32,000 nt of DNA from Candidatus Saccharibacteria bacterium oral taxon 488. Lineage in GTDB: Bacteria; Patescibacteriota; Saccharimonadia; Saccharimonadales; Saccharimonadaceae. Position 1 is the first letter of the stretch. Every line of letters begins with the position of its first letter. The notes below the pieces were generated by a model, which ran no database searches, was not told where the DNA came from, and was given only the letters and a program-made list of their open reading frames with translations. The stretch covers positions 420,001 to 452,000 of the forward strand of contig CP047921.1 of the NCBI GenBank assembly GCA_010202845.1. The letters are read 5' to 3'. Both the position numbers and the translations under genes were made by a program. Positions 6,924 through 14,406 of the stretch are shown one piece after another.

Positions 6924-7193
6924 TTACCAACTACTCTTTGTTATGCCTGGGATTTCACCCTTGGCTGCTTTTTCGCGGAAATTGATGCGGCTCAGACCAA
7001 ACTGGCGCATATAGCCGCGTGGACGGCCGGAAATGCTGTCGCGGTTCTTGTGCCTGGTTGGGCTCGAGTTGCGAGGCAATTTCTGCAAACCGTCGAGGTC
7101 GCCAAGTTCTTTCAATTTAGCGCGTTTGGCTGCAAACTTAGCTATCATCTTCAGGCGCTTTTTGTCGCGAGCGACCATTGATTTCTTAGCCAT
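6924..7193 (-). CDS. rpsN: 30S ribosomal protein S14, long form without the zinc-binding Cys motif
   Basis: [14 protein letters not shown]-terminus and [28 protein letters not shown]-terminus. GGAGGT SD 9 nt upstream. Confidence 0.95.
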   Translation of the reverse strand: MAKKSMVARDKKRLKMIAKFAAKRAKLKELGDLDGLQKLPRNSSPTRHKNRDSISGRPRGYMRQFGLSRINFREKAAKGEIPGITKSSW

Positions 7194-7357
7194 TAATCAT
7201 TACCTCCGTCTAACTCAACTGTACGCTCATCATCTGGGATGCCCCAACCTTCTTGCTCGGGTGTCCAGTCCTCTGGATCAATCGCACCCCAACCTTCCTG
7301 TTCAGGTGTCCAGTCTGCATAGTGTTCACGATTGAGGCTATTAATAGTTTCGCTCAT
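7193..7357 (-). CDS. 54-aa acidic Trp-repeat micro-protein between rplE and rpsN, absent from the ORF track
   Basis: Hand translation gives [59 protein letters not shown] overlaps occur at both ends. AAAGGAGGTG SD lies 7 nt upstream. The internal repeat differs only at synonymous sites. Confidence 0.75.
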   Translation of the reverse strand: MSETINSLNREHYADWTPEQEGWGAIDPEDWTPEQEGWGIPDDERTVELDGGND

Positions 7358-7941
7358 TACCTGACACCTCCTTTCTTCTCAAACGGCATGCCGAACTTCT
7401 CGAGCAAGGCCTTTGATGCTTCCTTGCTGCCGTTCTTGATGACAAATGTTACCTGCAACCCGTGCAGAATCTGCGTTTCTTCGAAGGTCAACTCTGGGAA
7501 AATTGACTGTTCGATGATGCCCAGGTTGTAGTTACCACCCTTGTCAAATTTCAGGCCAACGCCGTGGAAGTCGCGCACGCGTGGGAGCGCCACGTTGATC
7601 AGGCGATCCATGAACTCGTACATCCTGCCGCCGCGCAGCGTGACGCTCACGCCAATTGGCGCACCCATACCTTTACGGATGCTAAAGCCAGCGATTGACT
7701 TCTTTGCCTGGCGGGCAACTGGTGCCTGACCGGTGATCTTTGCAACGGTGTTTTTGACAATTTCAAAGTGACGCTTGTCATCTTTCTTTTTGCCGGTGCC
7801 AACGCTCACGATGATCTTTTCCAAAGCCGGCACTTGGTGCACGTTCTTTAGATCTAATTCGGCTTGCAGTTCCTTCAGGTATTTCTCCTGGTACAAGGCT
7901 TTCAAGCGAGGAGCTGGCACGACAATTTTCTTCTCTGCCAT
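7357..7941 (-). CDS. rplE: 50S ribosomal protein L5
   Basis: PRLKALYQEKY and NYNLGIIEQSIFPE motifs. TAATG coupling with rplX. Confidence 0.96.
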   Translation of the reverse strand: MAEKKIVVPAPRLKALYQEKYLKELQAELDLKNVHQVPALEKIIVSVGTGKKKDDKRHFEIVKNTVAKITGQAPVARQAKKSIAGFSIRKGMGAPIGVSVTLRGGRMYEFMDRLINVALPRVRDFHGVGLKFDKGGNYNLGIIEQSIFPELTFEETQILHGLQVTFVIKNGSKEASKALLEKFGMPFEKKGGVR

Positions 7942-8261
7942 TATTTAATCTCCTTATTTTTTGCTTGGCGAGCGACGCGAGTTTTGCCGCCGTCAGCGTT
8001 CTTTACTAAACCAACCCGGCTGGTTTTGCCTGACTTTTCGTCAACAACCAGCGCGACTTTGCTGATGTCCATCGGTACGTGGATATCTTTCTTGCCGCCT
8101 TTTGGATTGTACTGGCTTGGCTTGACGTGGCGGTGTCCGACGCCAACACCTTCGACCAAAACGGTTTGATCTTTAGTATTAACTTTCAGGACTTTACCAG
8201 TCGTACCCTTGTTTTTACCAGCAATGATTTTTACGGTGTCATCTTTGTGAATACGAGCCAT
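7941..8261 (-). CDS. rplX: 50S ribosomal protein L24
   Basis: IHKDDTVKIIAGKNKGTTGKVLKV KOW motif. Confidence 0.96.
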   Translation of the reverse strand: MARIHKDDTVKIIAGKNKGTTGKVLKVNTKDQTVLVEGVGVGHRHVKPSQYNPKGGKKDIHVPMDISKVALVVDEKSGKTSRVGLVKNADGGKTRVARQAKNKEIK

Positions 8262-8629
8262 TAGAGTACCTCCGGAGCCAAGCTGATGATCTTCATGTAG
8301 CCCATGTCGCGTAGTTCGCGTGGTACTGGGCCGAAGACGCGGGTGGCCTTTGGCTGCTTGTCATCGTTGATAATCACCACGGCGTTGTCATCAAAGCAAA
8401 TGGTTGAGCCGTCTTTGCGGTGGATTTGGTCGCGGGTGCGAACCACCACAGCTTTAACGACAGATTTCTTTTTGACGTTGCCGGTTGGGCTGGCGTCTTT
8501 GACTGAACAGACGATCACGTCACCAACGCGAGCGTAGCGGCGGCGGGTACCACCGAGGACGCGGATGCACAATACTTCTTTGGCACCCGAGTTGTCAGCT
8601 ACCTTGAGGCGAGATTCTTGTTGGATCAT
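8261..8629 (-). CDS. rplN: 50S ribosomal protein L14
   Basis: [27 protein letters not shown]. Confidence 0.97.
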   Translation of the reverse strand: MIQQESRLKVADNSGAKEVLCIRVLGGTRRRYARVGDVIVCSVKDASPTGNVKKKSVVKAVVVRTRDQIHRKDGSTICFDDNAVVIINDDKQPKATRVFGPVPRELRDMGYMKIISLAPEVL

Positions 8630-8937
8630 TTGTCATCCTCCTTAGCCTCTTCCTCAGCTTCGCCGGAAACTTCAGCCTTTAGTTTGATAGAACCGCGAGA
8701 CTTCTCAATCACCTTGACCAGCGTAAAACTCTTGGTCTTGGAAATTGGGCGGGTCTCTTCGATTTGCACCTTGTCGCCTTCGCCTGCTTGATTGGTCTCA
8801 TCATGAGCAGTGTATTTGCGAGTCACGGTGTACTGTTTGCCGTAGAGCGGATGCGTTTCGCGGCTGGTGACCGTCACGGTGATGGTCTTGTCGCGCTTGG
8901 CACTCGTTACGACGCCAATCAGTGTTCGTCGGGCCAT
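8626..8937 (-). CDS. rpsQ: 30S ribosomal protein S17, with an acidic C-terminal extension
   Basis: [18 protein letters not shown] and THPLYGK motifs. ATGA overlap with rplN. Confidence 0.95.
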   Translation of the reverse strand: MARRTLIGVVTSAKRDKTITVTVTSRETHPLYGKQYTVTRKYTAHDETNQAGEGDKVQIEETRPISKTKSFTLVKVIEKSRGSIKLKAEVSGEAEEEAKEDDK

Positions 8938-9143
8938 TACTTGCTCTCCTTTTCGTTAAGTTGTGTCAGCAGGCGTGCGATATCCTTGCGGAGTGAACGC
9001 AGCGCTTTTGGATTAACTAATTCGCCAGCAGCGTGAGAACGTTTTGCCTGAAGCAGGTCATTTCGCTTTTCGGCGAGTTCCTTCTTCAAATCGTCAACGG
9101 TCTTTACGACTGCTGCCTTTGCGGTTTTCTTTGCGTCAGCCAT
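8937..9143 (-). CDS. rpmC: 50S ribosomal protein L29
   Basis: LKKELAEKRNDLLQAKRSHAAGEL and LRKDIARLLT. Confidence 0.94.
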   Translation of the reverse strand: MADAKKTAKAAVVKTVDDLKKELAEKRNDLLQAKRSHAAGELVNPKALRSLRKDIARLLTQLNEKESK

Positions 9144-9556
9144 TATGCGTCCTCCCGCTTGATGAACTTACATTTGACTGGTAGTTTGTGGCTCGCTAGG
9201 CGCATTGCCTCACGGGCTACTTCCTCGGAAACGCCCTGCATTTCAAACATCACCGTGCCGGCCTTGACCTTGGCAACAAAGAACTCTGGATTACCCTTAC
9301 CACCACCCATCTTCAAACCAAGTGGCTTGCGTGTAACTGGGGTGTGCGGGAAAATCCGGATCCAAATCTTACCACCACGCTTGATGTAGCGGGTCATTGC
9401 CTGACGAGCAGACTCGATTTGGCGGGAGTTGATGCGCTCGTTTGATTGTGACTGCAGTGCAAAGTCGCCGAACGCGATGTAATTACCACGGGTTGCTTGA
9501 CCACGGTTTTTACCGATGCGCACTTTGCGGTGCTTGGTTTTCTTTGGTAACAGCAT
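9143..9556 (-). CDS. rplP: 50S ribosomal protein L16
   Basis: [25 protein letters not shown]. Confidence 0.97.
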   Translation of the reverse strand: MLLPKKTKHRKVRIGKNRGQATRGNYIAFGDFALQSQSNERINSRQIESARQAMTRYIKRGGKIWIRIFPHTPVTRKPLGLKMGGGKGNPEFFVAKVKAGTVMFEMQGVSEEVAREAMRLASHKLPVKCKFIKREDA

Positions 9557-10192
9557 TTAGCGACTCCTTTCTCCCTTATAAATCCACACTTTCACGCCGA
9601 TGATACCAGCTGGTGTCTGGGCGCGAGCACAGTGGAAGTCAATATCAGCGCGAAGGGTGTGCAGTGGCACTGAGCCTTCAATCACCTTCTCGCGGCGTGC
9701 CATTTCAGCACCGTTCAAACGACCAGCCACCTCGATGCGGATACCTTTGGCACCAGCACTCATGGTGTTTTGCGCGGTCATTTTGGTTGCGCGGCGGAAG
9801 TTGATACGGCGTTCCAACTGGCGGGCGATGTTTTCTGCCACCAATTTGGCTGCTAGTTCTGGTCGGCGCACTTCTTCGATGTTGATGCGAACTGCCTGAC
9901 CGACGATCTTCTCAACTTGCTTTTTCAATTCATTCACGCCCGCACCGCCACGGCCGATCACCACACCAGCTTTCGCCGTGTGAATGGTTACCGTGATTAA
10001 GTTGGCACTTCGCTCAATCTCAATGCGATTGATGGTTGGGCGTGAGGCAAATTTCTTCTCAATCAATTCGCGGATTTCGTGATCCTGGCGAATTGCCTCC
10101 GCAAACTCTTTCTTATTGGCCGTAAACCAACGAGAGCTCCAGTTCTTGTGAACTTGTAGGCGGAAGTTGATTGGATTCACTTTTTGACCCAT
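9557..10192 (-). CDS. rpsC: 30S ribosomal protein S3
   Basis: MGQKVNPINFRLQVHKNWSSRWF and the KH-domain GRGGAGVNELK. Confidence 0.97.
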   Translation of the reverse strand: MGQKVNPINFRLQVHKNWSSRWFTANKKEFAEAIRQDHEIRELIEKKFASRPTINRIEIERSANLITVTIHTAKAGVVIGRGGAGVNELKKQVEKIVGQAVRINIEEVRRPELAAKLVAENIARQLERRINFRRATKMTAQNTMSAGAKGIRIEVAGRLNGAEMARREKVIEGSVPLHTLRADIDFHCARAQTPAGIIGVKVWIYKGERSR

Positions 10193-10657
10193 TTACTTCT
10201 CCTCCTTTTTTGCCGTGGTTTCGGCGGCTTTTTTCGCTGCAGGCTTGGCAGGTTTGGTTTCTGCTTTGACCTTGGTCTCTGGTTTTTTCGCAGGCGCTTT
10301 CTTTGGCTTCTCAGTACCAGTTACTTCAACCAAAATATTTGACGTCTTTTTCTGGAACGGCAAGGCACGACCGCGTGACGCTGGCTTAAAGCGGCGCAGA
10401 CGCGTACCAGTGGTAACGCTCAACGTGGTAATCACCAAGCTTTTAGCGTCCAAACCGTGGTTGTTGATGGCATTTGCCTTGGCGCTGTCGATTGCCTTTT
10501 TGACTGGCATAGCAGCGCGTTTTGGCACGTGTTCCAAGATAACCAATGCATCAGCGACGGTGCGGCCGCGTACTAGTGCAGCCACCAAGCTAACCTTGCG
10601 TGGTGTTTGGTCAACACCTTTGGCGTAAGCGCGAACAGTATAAGTTGTATCAGCCAT
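10193..10657 (-). CDS. rplV: 50S ribosomal protein L22, with a Lys/Ala/Glu-rich C-terminal tail
   Basis: TPRKVSLVAALVRGRTVADALVILEHVPKRAA core and KKAPAKKPETKVKAETKPAKPAAKKAAETTAKKEEK tail. Confidence 0.95.
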   Translation of the reverse strand: MADTTYTVRAYAKGVDQTPRKVSLVAALVRGRTVADALVILEHVPKRAAMPVKKAIDSAKANAINNHGLDAKSLVITTLSVTTGTRLRRFKPASRGRALPFQKKTSNILVEVTGTEKPKKAPAKKPETKVKAETKPAKPAAKKAAETTAKKEEK

Positions 10658-10659
10658 GA

Positions 10660-10926
10660 TTACTTCTTATCCTTTCCGCCGTGCTTACGGAACTTACGAG
10701 TTGGGCTAAACTCACCGAGTTTGTGGCCAACCATGTTTTCAGTAATCAGCACAGGCACGTGCATCTTACCGTTGTAGACGGCGATGGTTCGACCGACCAT
10801 TTCTGGGGTGATGGTCGAAGCGCGCGCCCACGTTTTGATAACGGTTCGATCGTCAAGGCTGAGAGCAGCGACTTTTTTCGCAAGCTTCACATCGACGAAT
10901 GGACCTTTCTTTAATGAACGACTCAT
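10660..10926 (-). CDS. rpsS: 30S ribosomal protein S19
   Basis: [12 protein letters not shown] and [13 protein letters not shown]. Confidence 0.97.
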   Translation of the reverse strand: MSRSLKKGPFVDVKLAKKVAALSLDDRTVIKTWARASTITPEMVGRTIAVYNGKMHVPVLITENMVGHKLGEFSPTRKFRKHGGKDKK

Positions 10927-10932
10927 CGTGAT

Positions 10933-11772
10933 TTACCTCTTCCTCTTCGCGTCGTGACGCGTGCGTACGATTAATTTATTTGAGCCTTTGCGGCGGCGAG
11001 TTCGATAACCCAGCGTCAATTGACCCCATGGCGTACGTGGTGCTTTACCAGTACCGTGGCGACCACCGTCACCACCACCATGCGGGTGATCTGCAGCGTT
11101 CATGACGACACCGCGAACCGTTGGGCGAATACCCTTGCGGCGGCGGCGGCCAGCTGAACCGATCTTCACGTTCTGGTGCTGGATGTTACCGACTGTACCG
11201 ATGGCAGCGGTAGCTTCCAGGCGAACTTTGCGAACTTCACCAGACGGCAATTTGATAGTTGCGTAATTGCCTTCTTTGGCCATCAACTGAGCTTTGGCAC
11301 CAGCAGCGCGAACCATTTGCGCACCTTTGCCGGCAGTCAGTTCAATAGCATAAATCATCGTACCAACAGGGATAGCAGACAGCGGCAGGCGGTTTGAGGC
11401 CTCAATTGGCGCTTCCTCGCCAGTCTGAATCGTCTTGCCCTTGACCATTGAGGTGTCAGCCAATACATAGTGGTACAAATTGTACTGATCCTTCACCCGA
11501 GCGATGCGTGCTGAGCGGTTTGGATCGTACTCAATTTCTTCAACCGTCAACGTCAGACCAGCCGGTAAATTGTGGTTCACCAAACGGTAGTGACGGCGAA
11601 CGCCACCGCCGCGATGACGCACGGTGATGCGGCCTTGGTTGTTGCGGCCGGCATTTTGCTTTTTGGCTTTGATCAGACTTTTGAGCGGTTTTCTTGTCGT
11701 GATGTCCGACAAGTCCTGGCTCGTCATGCCGCGACGAGCAGGAGTGGTTGGATTGTAAGCTTTCACTGGCAT
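10933..11772 (-). CDS. rplB: 50S ribosomal protein L2
   Basis: GGGVRRHYRLV and VVMNAADHPHGGGDG motifs. Confidence 0.97.
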   Translation of the reverse strand: MPVKAYNPTTPARRGMTSQDLSDITTRKPLKSLIKAKKQNAGRNNQGRITVRHRGGGVRRHYRLVNHNLPAGLTLTVEEIEYDPNRSARIARVKDQYNLYHYVLADTSMVKGKTIQTGEEAPIEASNRLPLSAIPVGTMIYAIELTAGKGAQMVRAAGAKAQLMAKEGNYATIKLPSGEVRKVRLEATAAIGTVGNIQHQNVKIGSAGRRRRKGIRPTVRGVVMNAADHPHGGGDGGRHGTGKAPRTPWGQLTLGYRTRRRKGSNKLIVRTRHDAKRKR

Positions 11773-12092
11773 TACTTGGTCTCCTCCATCTGCTGCTCTA
11801 CTGCGTCAAACACATCGAGCTTATCGCCATCTTTCAGCGTCACGTAAGCTTTCTTCCAATCCTTGCGCGTGGTCGTGCCAGGATAGCGGTTCTTGCCTCG
11901 TGAGAAACGCACAGCTTTGCCGTCTTGGACCAAGGTTTTTACCTTCAGAACAGTAACGTCAAATTGCGCTTCAACCGCTGCTTTGATCTCGTTTTTATTC
12001 AGGTTCAGCGGAACGCGGAACACGTACACGCCATTGGCGCTCACGGCGTAGGCTTTCTCGCTAATGCGTGGGATAATTGTCATCTGTTTCAT
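11772..12092 (-). CDS. rplW: 50S ribosomal protein L23
   Basis: IIPRISEKAY, FRVPLNLNKNEIKAAVE and WKKAYVTL. Confidence 0.95.
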   Translation of the reverse strand: MKQMTIIPRISEKAYAVSANGVYVFRVPLNLNKNEIKAAVEAQFDVTVLKVKTLVQDGKAVRFSRGKNRYPGTTTRKDWKKAYVTLKDGDKLDVFDAVEQQMEETK

Positions 12093-12093
12093 A

Positions 12094-12693
12094 TTACGCT
12101 TCCTCCTTACTCAGCCACTCAGTGATTACTGGCAGAGCTTTCGGGGTCATGACAATGGTATCCGCATTCAGAATGTGGTAGACGCTGAGGTAGCTCGCAC
12201 GAATTACCAATACGTTCTGGATGTTGTTTGTCGCACGCATTAATTCTGGCGTCTTTTCGTCAACGACGATCAGTACGCGGCGCTCAAACTTGTTGTCAGC
12301 CAAGAAGGTTGCGACCTCTTTGGTCTTGCCAGTCGTCTTGATGTCTTTGACGACGATCTTCTTCGCTTCATTGGCTACCGTCAAGGCTTGGCGAATTGCC
12401 ACTTTCTTGGCGGTTTTAGACAATTTTTTGGTGTAGTTTTCGTTGCCGCGCGGGCCAAAGACTACACCACCACCGTGCCAGATTGGGTTACGGGTTGAAC
12501 CGAAACGTGCCCGGCCAGTTCCCTTTTGCTTCCATGGTTTTTTACCACCACCGGAAACTTCACCGCGCTGCTTGGTGGTTGCGCTTGCTAGGCGGGCGTT
12601 TGCCAGGTAGCTGTCATATGCCAATTTCAACAGTTCGTGGTTTGGCACTTCAACAGCGAAAATGTCTTTAGGAAGTTTGGTTGATTCAGCCAT
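12094..12693 (-). CDS. rplD: 50S ribosomal protein L4
   Basis: GGGKKPWKQKGTGRARFGSTRNPIWHGGGVVFGP. Confidence 0.97.
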   Translation of the reverse strand: MAESTKLPKDIFAVEVPNHELLKLAYDSYLANARLASATTKQRGEVSGGGKKPWKQKGTGRARFGSTRNPIWHGGGVVFGPRGNENYTKKLSKTAKKVAIRQALTVANEAKKIVVKDIKTTGKTKEVATFLADNKFERRVLIVVDEKTPELMRATNNIQNVLVIRASYLSVYHILNADTIVMTPKALPVITEWLSKEEA

Positions 12694-13307
12694 TACTTGT
12701 TACCTCCTAAAATGATCAGCCCTTTTCGTGGCCCAGGGACAGCGCCCTTCACCCCGATCAGATTGGTCTCTGGGTCAACATATGCCACTTCCAGGTTCTT
12801 GACCGTAACACGCTCGTGACCCATGTGGCCAGCCATCGTCTTACCCTTGAACACTTTTTGTGGATACATTGAGCCAATTGAACCTGGCTTACGAGTATTA
12901 CCTTTACCACCGTGCGTCTTGCGGTGACGCTTAAAGTTGTGGCGTTTAATGGTTCCAGCGAAACCTTTACCTTTGCTGGTTCCGGTCGCATCGACAGAAT
13001 CGCCGACTTCGAACGCGGAAACGTTGATTTCATCGCCAACTTTGAGACCTTCAGGGATCTCGTCGACGCGGAATTCCCGAATGTGTTTCGGGGTCACTTG
13101 GGCTGGCTTGACGTGTCCAGCCACGGCCTTGCTCAGGTTCTTACCCTCTCCATAAGCGACCTGTACCGCATTGTAACCGTCGGTTTCGACAGTCTTCACC
13201 TGAGTCACGGTGACAGGGCCGGCTTGGATCAGCGTTACCGGAATGGCTTTGCCGTCTTCAGCCAAGAGCTGGGTCATACCAAGTTTGGTACCGAGAAGTG
13301 TTTTCAC
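12693..13307 (-). CDS. rplC: 50S ribosomal protein L3
   Basis: LGTKLGMTQL and FKRHRKTHGGKGNTRKPGSIG. GTG start after GGAGTGAGGA. Confidence 0.96.
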   Translation of the reverse strand: MKTLLGTKLGMTQLLAEDGKAIPVTLIQAGPVTVTQVKTVETDGYNAVQVAYGEGKNLSKAVAGHVKPAQVTPKHIREFRVDEIPEGLKVGDEINVSAFEVGDSVDATGTSKGKGFAGTIKRHNFKRHRKTHGGKGNTRKPGSIGSMYPQKVFKGKTMAGHMGHERVTVKNLEVAYVDPETNLIGVKGAVPGPRKGLIILGGNK

Positions 13308-13456
13308 TTTTCCTCACTCCCACTTAAATACTCCTGATGACGTGCGGTTTCTGGGTTCTGGGTGAGGCGTTCATGACAAGCGCTTTAATCATAACCAGAC
13401 CTGCTCATTCATCAAGGAGAACAGTTGATATTACGCGTAATAGAAATTACCTTGTG

Positions 13457-13486
13457 ATTGTAGCATATGTGGCGCTCTAAAGTCAA
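13457..13486 (-). promoter_or_regulatory. Candidate promoter of the rplC-to-rpsH operon
   Basis: Minus strand TTGACT, 18-nt spacer, TGCTACAAT (extended -10). It implies a leader of about 140 nt. Confidence 0.55.
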
Positions 13487-13557
13487 CGCTAGAAACACCT
13501 CTGGGGAGATAGCTTGGGCACAGTAGTCATACCCTATTTTATTATTTTATAAATAGT

Positions 13558-13573
13558 GCTACAATGTTAACCT
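13558..13573 (+). promoter_or_regulatory. Extended -10 promoter placed for a leaderless or near-leaderless transcript of orf241
   Basis: TGCTACAAT (13558-13565), then 8 nt, then ATG 13574. No SD. Confidence 0.45.
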
Positions 13574-14299
13574 ATGACTGTCAATATCTTGCAACGAGCC
13601 GGTGAGTTTGCTCGTTTTGTGGGTCAGAATAATCCAGATAAATTACTCGAGGTAAGAAACCCTGCGCGTAGATTACTTTTACAAGGAGCAATGGCTACAA
13701 AGTTACTGCCACTATTGTTTGGACGCTACTATAACCGTAAGGATTATTCTCCCATAGAACGCTTCGGTTTGAGTGTTATTGGTCGGGGCCACCACTCTAT
13801 CGCCGCCCATGATCCCAAGACAGATACAGTGATAAAATTTCATTATCGTCACTCTAATCACACCGAGGCAGAAATGGAGCAGATGGTGCGAGAGCTTGAA
13901 GGCAAACAACAAAAATGCTTATCAGCGCTTGGAGCAATCGCGGTCAGTCAAACGTACGAGATAGACAGTTCTCCGTACAATCCATCGCGGCCAATGATTA
14001 TCGCCCGCCAGCAATTTATACCGACGAAGCGCGCCATAATGTTAGCCGATATACCAAGACAAGGTATAAGGTCTATCCCCGATATCCGAGAGTTTATGGC
14101 TGGTAATACAAAAATGCTCTACGGACATAAGGCAGTGGCCGACATATTTGGACACGGGAATCTAGTAGTTAATGATGATAATAAACTTAAACTTGTCGAC
14201 CCGATACCACTAGTTGCCGAGGAAGCTTCCCAAGCACGATATCACGAGGCAAAAAACATTGTCAAAGAAATGTCCGACGCGTTAGTATGCAACCATTAA
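13574..14299 (+). CDS. Hypothetical protein, 241 aa, with motifs resembling an atypical (RIO/APH-like) protein-kinase fold
   Basis: VIGRGHHSIA (Gly-loop-like), TVIKFHYR (Lys), EAEMEQMVRELE (helix C-like), FGHGNLVVNDDNKLKLVDP (catalytic-loop and DFG-like, with Asn where the catalytic Asp is expected). The assignment rests on motifs only. Confidence 0.6.
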   Translation: MTVNILQRAGEFARFVGQNNPDKLLEVRNPARRLLLQGAMATKLLPLLFGRYYNRKDYSPIERFGLSVIGRGHHSIAAHDPKTDTVIKFHYRHSNHTEAEMEQMVRELEGKQQKCLSALGAIAVSQTYEIDSSPYNPSRPMIIARQQFIPTKRAIMLADIPRQGIRSIPDIREFMAGNTKMLYGHKAVADIFGHGNLVVNDDNKLKLVDPIPLVAEEASQARYHEAKNIVKEMSDALVCNH

Positions 14300-14359
14300 T
14301 ATGGCGCGAGCTACCCGCTCAATCCCGATAGCAAGCACTCTGAGGCCACCTACTAAATA

Positions 14360-14386
14360 CCGCCCCGATAAGGAGCGGCATTTTTT
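14360..14386. terminator. Hairpin terminator between convergent orf241 and fusA
   Basis: CCGCCCC-GATAA-GGAGCGG followed by CATTTTTT on the plus strand. The minus-strand U-tract is weaker (TATTTAG). Confidence 0.6.
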
Positions 14387-14406
14387 AGCATTGTTATCAC
14401 TACACC

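Noticed and set aside
6904-6930. Longer N-terminal extensions offered by the ORF track for rpsH (to 6930), rpsE (to 1188), rpoB (ATG 28214) and orf159 (GTG 5935).
   Set aside because: SD placement and coupling signals favour the internal starts: 6903, 1161, possibly GTG 28196, and 5956. The extensions would overlap upstream genes or lack ribosome-binding sites. The rpoB start remains ambiguous.
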